From: an uncultured delta proteobacterium
Lineage (GTDB): Bacteria; Desulfobacterota; Binatia; UBA9968
Assembly (NCBI GenBank): GCA_963745035.1
Contig: CAVUVW010000014.1
Location: forward strand, 96,001-160,000
DNA length: 64,000 nucleotides
Reading direction: 5' to 3'
Shown here: piece after piece, positions 51,546-60,625 of the stretch
How the letters are laid out: every line of letters starts with the position of its first letter
How positions within the stretch are numbered: the stretch's first letter is position 1
The notes under the pieces: model-generated
Seen by the model: only the letters and a program-made list of their open reading frames with translations
What the model was told of the DNA's origin: nothing
The model's database searches: none
Program-made: the position numbers and the translations under genes

Positions 51546-53870
51546 GTGGCGTACATCGGCTCCAATGTAAAACGTAAGGAAGACGTGCGGCTCCTCCGCG
51601 GCGTCGGAAAGTACGTCGGCGACATCCATCGGGCCGGCATGGTGCACGCCGCGATCCTGCGCAGCACCCACGCGCACGCGCGTCTCGTGAAAATCGACGC
51701 GGCGGCCGCGCTGGCGCTGCCGGGCGTGATCGGTGTGCTTACCGCAGCCGACATGCCCGGGCTGAAGACGATTCCGATGCGCACCGGCGTTATTCCCGGT
51801 CTGGAGCGCTCGCAGCAGACACCGATCGCCACGACCAAAGTCCGTTACGTCGGCGACCCGATCGTGGTGGTCGTCGCGGTAAATCGATACATCGCCGAAG
51901 ATGCTCTGGAGCTTATCGAAGTCGACTACGAGCGGCTCGGCGCGGTGACCGACGCGCGGGCGGGCATGCAACCGGACGCACCCCGGCTTCACGACGCGAC
52001 GCCGAACAACATCGCCGCCAACTTTCAGGTCAACGTCGGCGACGTCGACCGCGCCTTTCGCGATGCGGATCTCATTGTCGAAGAGCAATTCTCGACCCAA
52101 CGCCATTCCGCCGTGCCCCTCGAGAACCGCGGTCTGGTCGCGGAGTGGGATGAAGGCCGCGGCCTGTTGACGGTATGGGGACCGACGAAGATGACCCATA
52201 CCAACTGGCGCATTCTCTCCGAACTGATCGGTCTGCCGCAGAGCTCGATCCATTTTATCGAGCCGGAAGTCGGCGGCGGCTTCGGCGCGCGCGGCGAGTT
52301 CTATCCGGAGGATTTTCTGATTCCGTTCGCGGCGAGACATTTCCGCAAGCCGGTCTGCTGGATCGAAGACCGCTCGGAAAATCTCAAAGCGATGAACCAA
52401 TCACGCCAGCAGAACCATCGAGTCAAAATCGGTGTGACGAAAGACGGCACCATCGTAGCGATGGACGCCGAGATTCTCTTCGACATGGGCGGCTACACGC
52501 GCACCCACGGCGGCGTCCCTGCCATCGCCGCTTCCGCCATGCTGCGCGGACCCTTTCGAGTCAAGAACTATCGCTGCAACGTTTTCTGCGTCCTCACCAA
52601 CAAAACACCGGTCGGCACCTACCGAAGCCCGGGCCGCTACGAAGCCAATTTCGTGCGCGAGCGACTGCTCGACATCGTCGCCCATCGCCTCGGACTCGAT
52701 CCCGCCGACGTGCGCCGGCGCAACCTGATCCGTCACGAGGAAATGCCCTACGACCTGGGCAAGCATCCGTTTCACTACATGGTTTACGATACCGGCGACT
52801 TGCCGGGTCAGTTCGAGCGCGCTCTCGAACGGTTCGGGTATGAAAGGCTCAAAGCGACCCGCGCGGCGGCCAAGCTCGAAGGTCGCGCCGTCGGCATCGG
52901 CATCGGCTGCTTCGTCGAAACCAGCGGCATCGGTCCATGGGAATACGCCCGGGTGGAAGTCGACAATACCGGCCAGGTGATTCTCTACTCGGGCTGCAAC
53001 TCGGTGGGCCAGGGCATCGCGACCGCGCTGAGCCAGATCGTCGCCGATGAACTACAAGTGGCCATCGAAAACGTCCAGGTGGTGCACGGCGACACGGCGA
53101 AAGTTCCCTACGGCAACGGCAGCAACGCCAGCCGCTCGACCGTGATGGCCGGCAGCGCCGCGCTCGGCGCCTCGCGCAAAGTCAAAGACAAACTTTTCCG
53201 GCTAGCGTCGATGAATCTGGAAATCGACGCCGCGGATCTCATCCTGCGCGATGGCCGCGTGGTCGCGCGCGGCGCGCCCGAGCGGTCGCTGAGCTTCGCC
53301 GAGCTGGCGCGTCTGGCGCTGCCCGGCCCGGCGCTCAAGAACGGCATTACTCCCGGTATCGCCGAGGAAGATTTTTTCGCCACCGACAAGCGCCCGTTTC
53401 CCTACGGCGTGCACGTCGCCGCCGTGGAAGTCGACAAAGAGACCGGCAAAGTTAAAATTCTCGATTATCTCGTCACCGAAGACGTCGGACGAAAAATCAA
53501 TCCGATGATCATCGAAGGCCAAATGGCCGGCGGCTTGGCGCAGGGAATCGGGGGGGCGTTCTTGGAAGAGTTCGTTTACGACGAGGACGGCCAGCCGCTC
53601 GCGACGAACTTCATGGATTATTTGCTGCCGACGGCGATGGAAATGCCGAAAGCGCAGTTTATCTCGACCGAAGATTTTCCCAGCCCGCACAACCCCCTCG
53701 GCGTCAAGGGAGCGGGCGAAGGCGGCATCACCGCGGCGGGCGCGGCTTTGGCCAACGCGGTGTCCGACGCGTTGGGAGTCGAGGTGAAAAAATTGCCGCT
53801 CAGGCCCGATTACATTCTCCAGCTCGTCGGTGAGTCCGCGTCGCGCGATCAGCGGATCAATCGAGAGTGA
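51546..53870 (+). CDS. Xanthine dehydrogenase family molybdopterin-binding large subunit (CoxL-like, not form I CODH)
   Basis: VGGGFGAR, active-site loop TYRSPGR, VGQG, ASRS, INPMIIEGQMAGG, KGAGEGG. Confidence 0.92.
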   Translation: MAYIGSNVKRKEDVRLLRGVGKYVGDIHRAGMVHAAILRSTHAHARLVKIDAAAALALPGVIGVLTAADMPGLKTIPMRTGVIPGLERSQQTPIATTKVRYVGDPIVVVVAVNRYIAEDALELIEVDYERLGAVTDARAGMQPDAPRLHDATPNNIAANFQVNVGDVDRAFRDADLIVEEQFSTQRHSAVPLENRGLVAEWDEGRGLLTVWGPTKMTHTNWRILSELIGLPQSSIHFIEPEVGGGFGARGEFYPEDFLIPFAARHFRKPVCWIEDRSENLKAMNQSRQQNHRVKIGVTKDGTIVAMDAEILFDMGGYTRTHGGVPAIAASAMLRGPFRVKNYRCNVFCVLTNKTPVGTYRSPGRYEANFVRERLLDIVAHRLGLDPADVRRRNLIRHEEMPYDLGKHPFHYMVYDTGDLPGQFERALERFGYERLKATRAAAKLEGRAVGIGIGCFVETSGIGPWEYARVEVDNTGQVILYSGCNSVGQGIATALSQIVADELQVAIENVQVVHGDTAKVPYGNGSNASRSTVMAGSAALGASRKVKDKLFRLASMNLEIDAADLILRDGRVVARGAPERSLSFAELARLALPGPALKNGITPGIAEEDFFATDKRPFPYGVHVAAVEVDKETGKVKILDYLVTEDVGRKINPMIIEGQMAGGLAQGIGGAFLEEFVYDEDGQPLATNFMDYLLPTAMEMPKAQFISTEDFPSPHNPLGVKGAGEGGITAAGAALANAVSDALGVEVKKLPLRPDYILQLVGESASRDQRINRE

Positions 53871-53876
53871 CCGGCA

Positions 53877-54842
53877 ATGGCGACTCAGAAAATCATCGAT
53901 GCCCACTCGCACGTCTATCCAGAAGGCTGTTTGACGGAGATCGTCAAAAGCCGCGCTGATTTTAAAGTCGTCGACAGTCCGCGCGGCCAGTCGCTGATCT
54001 ATCGCGGGAGCCACGTGATGTCCGTGCCGACGGATCAGGACAATCTGTCGAAGCGGTTGGCATCGATGGACGAAGCCGGCATCGATACAGCAATCCTCTC
54101 GGTGGGGGCGCTGAACGTCGGTTGGGCGGGGTCCAGTGACGCCAATGCGGCGCGCCTTGTCAACGAGGGACTCGCCGCAGTCTGCCGCCAATACGCCAGC
54201 CGTTTTCGCTTCGTCGCGGCGCTGCCATGCGCGAAACAGAGCGAAATGATCGCTGAATTGGACTACGCTCTGAAACTCGGCGCGGCGGGCGTCGGGATCG
54301 CGACCAACATCGGCGATCTCCCACTGCACGCGCCCGAGCTGCAAAGCTTCTGGTACGAAATGAGTCGCCGCAAACTCATGGTGCTGGTCCACCCGACCTG
54401 CCCGTGCGACGGGCCCCGCGACGATCCGGGGACTTTTCTTTCGGTGGGATATCCGGGTGAAACCGCGATGGCGGGCACCAAGCTCGCGCTGTCCGGAACT
54501 CTCGAAACATATCCCGACGTAAAGATCGTCTGGTCGCATCTCGGCGGCGGTTTGGCGATGATTCTGGACAGAATCGATCGCGGCTACCAACGCTTTTCAA
54601 ACTGCCCGCACCCGCCTAGTCACTATCTCCGCCACTGCTACTTCGACACCGCCTGCGTCCACGGCCCGGCTCTGGAGTGCGCTCGCGCCACCTGGGGCGT
54701 CAACACTCTGGTCTTCGGCACCGACGCGCCGCACGTACCGAACGCGGAAAAAGAAACCATCGCCGCCCTGAGAGCCCGTTCGTGGTCAGACACGGAGCTC
54801 GACGGCATCTTCAGCCGCACTGTCGAGCGCCTGCTTGTTTAA
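53877..54842 (+). CDS. Amidohydrolase_2 family (ACMSD-like decarboxylase/hydratase)
   Basis: IDAHSH, VLVHP, SHLGG, YFDT, VFGTDAPH. Confidence 0.88.
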   Translation: MATQKIIDAHSHVYPEGCLTEIVKSRADFKVVDSPRGQSLIYRGSHVMSVPTDQDNLSKRLASMDEAGIDTAILSVGALNVGWAGSSDANAARLVNEGLAAVCRQYASRFRFVAALPCAKQSEMIAELDYALKLGAAGVGIATNIGDLPLHAPELQSFWYEMSRRKLMVLVHPTCPCDGPRDDPGTFLSVGYPGETAMAGTKLALSGTLETYPDVKIVWSHLGGGLAMILDRIDRGYQRFSNCPHPPSHYLRHCYFDTACVHGPALECARATWGVNTLVFGTDAPHVPNAEKETIAALRARSWSDTELDGIFSRTVERLLV

Positions 54843-54908
54843 ACACAACTAAAAATTTTCGTCGTAAGAACGATACGAAACATTTGCGACGAATCGGTGC
54901 AGGAAAAT

Positions 54909-54983
<75 letters not shown>

Positions 54984-55175
54984 TCAGTGAAGCTGCGAGT
55001 AAAATGTATGGAATCGCCGGCGGGTTGTCAACGTCAATCGAGCGAACGGCATCGGCGTTCGCTCGACCGCGCTCGCGTCGCACGCGGCTTACGATCGTGC
55101 GAAGCAGCAATTTCTATCTCGCAAAGCTTACCGCGGCGCTTGCGTGAGATCGCAAAGCTGGCATATCTTGCGTGC

Positions 55176-56120
55176 ATGAAATATCGAACTCTCGGCAAAA
55201 CCGGCTTGCGCGTCGGCGCCGTCGGCCTCGGCACCATGGTTCACGCGGGCCACTTCGGCGCGATGAAAGATTCCGAGTCGCTGGGCGCCATCGACGCCGC
55301 GCTGGAACTCGGCGTCAACTTCATCGACACCTCGGACGCTTACGGCGCCGGCTACTCCGAAACTCTGCTGGGCAATGCGCTGAAAGGCAGGCGGGATAAA
55401 GTGATCCTCGCCACCAAAGGCGGCAACGTCATGGTCGGCCCCAACCGCGGCAAGCGCATCTTCGATCCGGAGTACATCAGCAAAGTCATGGACGAAAGCC
55501 TCCAGCGGCTTCAAACCGACTACATCGATCTTTATCAATTGCACAATCCGACCGTCGAAGTGATCGAGCACGGCGAAGTCTGGCAAGTGCTCGAACGCGC
55601 CAAGCAGGCCGGCAAGATCCGCCACTACGGAGTTTCGATCAACACGATGGAAGAAGGCGGCGCCGCGGTCAAAGACGGTCGCGCAGAGACGATCCAGGTT
55701 GAATACAACCTGCTGGCCCAGGAGCCGGCCGAGACGTTTTTTCCCGCCGCGCAGCAAGCGAGCGTCGGCATCATCGCGCGGGTGCCGCTCAAGCGCGGCA
55801 TCTTGACGGGGAAATTGACTCAAGCCGACGAGCAGCGCTTTCAGGGCGAAGACGTGCGCGCGCGCAGCTTCAAGGGCGAAGCCTTCGCCAAGGAGCTCGC
55901 CAAAGCAGACCAGTTGAAATTCCTGGTTCACGGTCCGGTAAAAAATTTGACGCAGGCGGCCATCGCCTTTTGTATCGCCCATCCCGCGGTGAGCGTCGTC
56001 ATCCCGGGCGCGCGCAACGCCGAGCAGATGCGCGAAAACGCCAGCGGCGGCGCGGTCGATATCCTTCCCGAAGATTTGACGAGAGTCGCCGAGCTCTGGC
56101 GCCGCGGCTTTGCCGCCTGA
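55176..56120 (+). CDS. Aldo/keto reductase
   Basis: MKYRTLGKTG, FIDTSDAYG, LATKGG, SLQRLQTDYIDLYQLH, GKIRHYGVS, IPGAR. Confidence 0.93.
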   Translation: MKYRTLGKTGLRVGAVGLGTMVHAGHFGAMKDSESLGAIDAALELGVNFIDTSDAYGAGYSETLLGNALKGRRDKVILATKGGNVMVGPNRGKRIFDPEYISKVMDESLQRLQTDYIDLYQLHNPTVEVIEHGEVWQVLERAKQAGKIRHYGVSINTMEEGGAAVKDGRAETIQVEYNLLAQEPAETFFPAAQQASVGIIARVPLKRGILTGKLTQADEQRFQGEDVRARSFKGEAFAKELAKADQLKFLVHGPVKNLTQAAIAFCIAHPAVSVVIPGARNAEQMRENASGGAVDILPEDLTRVAELWRRGFAA

Positions 56121-56147
56121 TTTCACATCCTTCGCACTTCGAGTCCC

Positions 56148-56963
56148 ATGGAGAAAATCATCTCCCACTGGCCGGGTCACAAAAAACTCACGGTCATGGT
56201 CACGGTGATGTTCGAGATCTGGTCGGAGGGGAAGGCACCGCCCTATTCGCCGATGACAACCTCACTCAAATCCGGCACGCCGGATCTATTGGGAATTTCC
56301 TGGTCGCAATACGGCGGCAAAACCGGCATCTGGCGCTTCCTGCGCATTTTCGAGGAGACCGAGGTCAAAGCAACGGTCTGCCTCAACGCCAAAGCTGCCG
56401 AAGTCTTTCCCGAAGCGGTAGCGGAACTGCACAAGCGCGGCCATGAGATCGCCGGCCATTCCTACACGCAAGACCTCGTGCTGCCGTATCTCTCCGCCGC
56501 GGAAGAAAAAGAAGTCATCCAAAAATGCAAGCGCATCATCGAGAGTGCCGTCGGCATCGCTCCGGTGGGCTGGTTCAGCCCGGTGGCGGCGCCGAGCGCG
56601 CATACCGCCGAGCTGCTCGCTCAAGAGGGCTTCCTTTGGCATGGCGACTATAACGACACCGACCTGCCGTACGCGCGCGCAACGGCGCACGGCAAGCTTG
56701 TCGCCATCGCGCACAGCGATTTTACCGACAACCGCACCCTGCGCTCGAGCCCGCGCGATTTTTACAACGTCTACAAAGACACCTTCGATTACCTCTACAA
56801 ACACGAATCGCCGTCGCTGATCAATTTGACCGTGCACACCCACTTCGGCGGCCGGCCGATGATGTCGGCGATGCTCTATGATCTGCTGCGCTACATGAAG
56901 GGATTCCCCGACGTGTGGTTTGCGCGTCATGACGAAGTAGCGCGCTGGACGCTGGAACAGTGA
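56148..56963 (+). CDS. Polysaccharide deacetylase family (PuuE/allantoinase-like)
   Basis: YGGKTGIWR, GHEIAGHSY, PVGWFSP, FDYLY, HTHFGGRP, VWFAR. Confidence 0.85.
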   Translation: MEKIISHWPGHKKLTVMVTVMFEIWSEGKAPPYSPMTTSLKSGTPDLLGISWSQYGGKTGIWRFLRIFEETEVKATVCLNAKAAEVFPEAVAELHKRGHEIAGHSYTQDLVLPYLSAAEEKEVIQKCKRIIESAVGIAPVGWFSPVAAPSAHTAELLAQEGFLWHGDYNDTDLPYARATAHGKLVAIAHSDFTDNRTLRSSPRDFYNVYKDTFDYLYKHESPSLINLTVHTHFGGRPMMSAMLYDLLRYMKGFPDVWFARHDEVARWTLEQ

Positions 56964-57021
56964 TCGTAGGGTTCCGACGATCGCGTTTGGCCTTACCCGA
57001 AACACGAAACTCGAAATCGCC

Positions 57022-57513
57022 TCAGAATTCGCCCCGATAAAAACCGCGCTGTCCGCGCGCCTCTTCAACGCCGATCTCCATGAAACGGATCTTGCTGCGG
57101 GGAAATCGGCGGCGGACCTGGCGGCGGATTTGTCCCGCGATATGCTCCGCCAGGAGCTCGGTGCTCGTGTTGGCCAGGGGGAGTAAAATAACATCGTGCC
57201 GCGGCAAGATGATTTTTTGTCTTTTGTAGCGGAGCTCCACTTCTTGGGCGCGCTCCCGGACTTTAATCAAGGGACTCTGCGTTTGGATTAGGGTGCGATG
57301 ATCCAGACTGTCGCAGATGCGTTTGATGAGCGGCTTGAAGGTAATGAAGTCAAGCACCACGCCGGCATGATCAAGCTCTCCTTCCATGCGCACGGAGACT
57401 TGGTAGTTATGGCCGTGCAAAGACTCGCGGTTGCCGTCGGCAAAAATCAAGAAATGCGCCGAGGCGAAATTGAAATAATCTTTGGCGACTTCGATGCTAA
57501 ATGAACGAGACAT
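57022..57513 (-). CDS. queD: 6-carboxytetrahydropterin synthase (PTPS family)
   Basis: FASAHF, ESLHGHNY, DF...LDH, NTSTELLA. Confidence 0.8.
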   Translation of the reverse strand: MSRSFSIEVAKDYFNFASAHFLIFADGNRESLHGHNYQVSVRMEGELDHAGVVLDFITFKPLIKRICDSLDHRTLIQTQSPLIKVRERAQEVELRYKRQKIILPRHDVILLPLANTSTELLAEHIAGQIRRQVRRRFPRSKIRFMEIGVEEARGQRGFYRGEF

Positions 57514-57760
57514 GCACGGACGTTAGCCAAAACAATCCGCCCTTTCAACCCAACCTGTATTGGCAACAAATTTTAGCTTGCGGCCATTTTTTTTCTTGAA
57601 ACTCGCTAGCGAAGGAGTTACTGAATCGATTGACGCGCCTCTCGGCAGTCAGCTTGGGAACTCGTAACGCGTTGCTAAACTAGATTGACTCCGTTTCTCT
57701 ATAGGCAAAGTCGGCTTGATCGAAGAAAAAATCCCGGGCATTGAGCAGCGGTATCACCCA

Positions 57761-58333
57761 ATGATTTCCATCGTCGTCTTGGCAACTCAGTCCTTGCGGC
57801 AGCTTGCTCCGAGTGAGACCTTCTTGCCGGATGGGGATCAGACCATGCTGCAAGGGATCTTGGAAAATGTTTTAGCTTCGGACGTTGACGAAGTGATTTG
57901 TGTCACCGACGACTTGCAGGCGGCGCTTCGCGAGATGAAGTTAGCCGACAGTCGCCTTGTCTGGCATTTTAATCCCGCCGCGTCGCGCAGCGAGAGTGCT
58001 TCGGTCATCGCGGGCTTGTGGGCAAGCCATCCGGAAAGCGATGGAATCCTGCTTATAGCCGAACTGCCGTCCTTTCGAAGACAGGTGATCGAACTATTGC
58101 GAGGGCACTTTGAAAGTAGTCGAGCATCGATTGTGGCGGTGAGATCGGCTGATCAAGCGCCTAATCCAATCCTTTTCAGGCGTGAATTATATCCGGAGTT
58201 GCTGACCCTTACCGGAAACGATAGGGGAATCAGCTTGCTCGAAAAGCATGCCGACAAAACCTTGCTGGTTGAGTTGCCGGAAGAGGAGAGCCTGAAACGC
58301 AAGAACGACCGGCCTCTTAAAGAACCGGTCTGA
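57761..58333 (+). CDS. Degenerate MocA/MobA-like nucleotidyltransferase
   Basis: ISIVVLA, SASVIAGL, NPILFRRELYPELLTLTGNDRG; lacks the LAAG...K and DxP/DxD motifs. Confidence 0.65.
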   Translation: MISIVVLATQSLRQLAPSETFLPDGDQTMLQGILENVLASDVDEVICVTDDLQAALREMKLADSRLVWHFNPAASRSESASVIAGLWASHPESDGILLIAELPSFRRQVIELLRGHFESSRASIVAVRSADQAPNPILFRRELYPELLTLTGNDRGISLLEKHADKTLLVELPEEESLKRKNDRPLKEPV

Positions 58334-59439
58334 TCAGCGCTCGGTGGCCATGCCGATGGCTTCAGAGATGTGGCTTAGACCGTCCTGTTTTAGCAACCGC
58401 GTCAGCCCCAGATTGATGCGCTTCACGGCGCCCGGCCCTTCGTAAATCCATCCGGTGTAGATCTGCACCGCGCTCGCGCCCGCTTTGATTTTTTCGTAAG
58501 CGTCCTCGGCGGTGAAAATACCGCCGACGCCGATGATCGGCAGCCGACCGCGCGTGCTCTTTATAAACATGTGAAACAAACGCGGTGACTTTCGCGGTAA
58601 TTGGTCGGCCGCTTAGGCCGCCCGGCTCCTGTCCCTTGGGTGATTTCAATGTTTCGCGCATGAAGGCCGTTGCGTTTGTCGCGACGATGCCGGTCAATTG
58701 AGCGCGCCTCGACGACTTCAATGATTTGATCGACTTGGGAAAATTCCATATCCGGGGCAATTTTGACGAACACCGGCTTTGGCTCGATCTTGGCGCGCCC
58801 AGCCAACTCGCGATTTTTTTCCTGCACCGCCGACAATAATTCGCGCAATAGATTTTTCTCCTGCAGATCACGCAAATTGGGCGTGTTCGGCGAGCTCACG
58901 TTCAAGGTGAAAAAATCGCCGTAGCGATAGAGCCGCTCGAAGCAAGCGAGAAAATCGGCCACCGCGTCCTTGGTCTCGACGATTTTCGTCCGGCCGATGT
59001 TCATGCCGAGGGGAATTTTCGGCAAACCGCCGCGCGCGCGCAGGGCGTCGAGCTTGGCCGCAATGGCCGTCGCGCCCTCGTTGTTGAAGCCCAACCGGTT
59101 GATCAAGGCATCGTCCTCGGGCAAACGATAAAGTCTCGGCTTCGGGTTGCCGGGCTGCGCCTGGGCGGTGATCGCGCCGATTTCCATGAAGCCGAAGCCG
59201 AAGCCGGCAAGGGTCCGGGGCGCCACCGCATTCTTGTCGAATCCACCGGCCAGCCCCACCGGATTGGCGAAGGTCAGCGGGCCGATCTTCACCTTCAAGC
59301 GCGCGTCGTCGATCCGGTAAAACCTTTCCAGCATGCCGGAAAAGCTTTCAGCTTTGGCCAAAAGCCGCAGGATCATTTCATGGCTTTCTTCCGGATCTTT
59401 GCGAAATAACAGCGGGCGAATCAGCGATTTGTAAAGCAT
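58334..59439 (-). CDS. pyrD: Quinone-dependent dihydroorotate dehydrogenase (frameshifts near 58570-58710)
   Basis: [71 protein letters not shown]. Confidence 0.93.
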
Positions 59440-59519
59440 GGATAAGAGAATCGTGTAGCGAAATCGGCGCGTGATTTCCAGACGAAAGCCCGCGCGCGAG
59501 CAGGAAAGCTGCGCGAATA

Positions 59520-59558
59520 AAACAAAGAGGGAGGTTTGCCGACCCTCCCTCTTTGTTT
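59520..59558. terminator. Hairpin with a perfect 15-bp stem (probable terminator of the NIPSNAP gene)
   Basis: aaacaaagagggagg-tttgccgac-cctccctctttgttt. Confidence 0.7.
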
Positions 59559-59609
59559 GCCGGGCCCCTGCGGGGCCGGCGCGTGATTAAAAATCGAGGC
59601 GAATAGAGC

Positions 59610-60227
59610 TCATTTGAACGGCGCGCAGGGCGCGGGAGTCATGAGCATGTTTTCCTGCGCCACCAGAAACTCGCGCGTCGGCGGCGGCCATCCGTCCACC
59701 GTCTTGGTCGCTTCGGCGCGCAGCCGTTCGCGCTCGCCGCCGTCCTTGTAGACCCAAACGTGAACATATTGATTGAGCGGTCCGATGATGGTGTTCCCGG
59801 CGAAGACCAGCGGCGAGATTTTGGTGCGCGCCGGAATGACTTTGCCGAACCGCTCCAACACCGTGGGCATGGCGCCCGGCTGATACGTGTAGGTGCGGAA
59901 CTCGTAAACCTCGCCGAGCTTTCGTTCGGGCAGCGGCGGCGAGAACGGCGCCGGCTGGATAATCTTGTTTTCCTGCGTAATGATGAACTCCTGGGTCTTG
60001 GGCGGCCACTTGCCGGTCTTGCGCGCTTCGGCGCCGATTTTTTCCCGGTCTTCAAAACTTTCGTAGGGCCAGACATGAACCACCCGGTTGAGCCCCCCGA
60101 CTTCCGATAGCCATAGGCCCAATAGCTTGGAAAACTGCAGCCGCGCCGTCAGCCCTTCGGCAAACCGTTCGACGAAATTGTTGGTTGCGCCCGGCTTCAG
60201 CACGTAGGTTCTCATCTCAAGAATCAT
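59610..60227 (-). CDS. NIPSNAP family protein (two domains)
   Basis: EMRTYVLKPG...GGLNRVVHVWPYES; YEFRTYTYQPG...LNQYVHVWVY. Confidence 0.92.
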   Translation of the reverse strand: MILEMRTYVLKPGATNNFVERFAEGLTARLQFSKLLGLWLSEVGGLNRVVHVWPYESFEDREKIGAEARKTGKWPPKTQEFIITQENKIIQPAPFSPPLPERKLGEVYEFRTYTYQPGAMPTVLERFGKVIPARTKISPLVFAGNTIIGPLNQYVHVWVYKDGGERERLRAEATKTVDGWPPPTREFLVAQENMLMTPAPCAPFK

Positions 60228-60571
60228 ACAGCACCCCCGCGTAATGTTTTTCTATCCTTTCCCACAAAGTCGTCAGAGAATGCAACAGCCTTCCTTCACA
60301 GCAATAGCTATCTCGGTTATCAAGCTTTCACCATAACGGCACTCCCGGCGATGCTTTGGTTCATGGCGGGACGGAGAAGTATTGGAGTCAAACCGATCGG
60401 GGTCGTCGACAAAAACGGGGAAGGCGGCAATTTGCGGCGGATGCGCCTGCTGGGTCAATTATTTCTTAGTCGGGCCGCGCGCTACATCCGATTCTATCCG
60501 ACCTGAGGGAGTGGTTAATTTTCTGTGCAGGGTTGCTTAATACGAATCGTAATTTAGTTTGGTATTTGTGC

Positions 60572-60601
60572 AAAAAACGGCCGCCCCGGAGGAGCGGCCG
60601 T
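60572..60601 (-). terminator. Rho-independent terminator after the surface-protein gene
   Basis: Minus strand ACGGCCGC-loop-GCGGCCGT followed by a T run. Confidence 0.7.
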
Positions 60602-60625
60602 GGGTTTGCGCCAAATGCGGTCAAA

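Noticed and set aside
51546-53870. Aerobic CO dehydrogenase (form I)
   Set aside because: It lacks the AYxCSFR loop, and no coxDEFG accessory genes are present.
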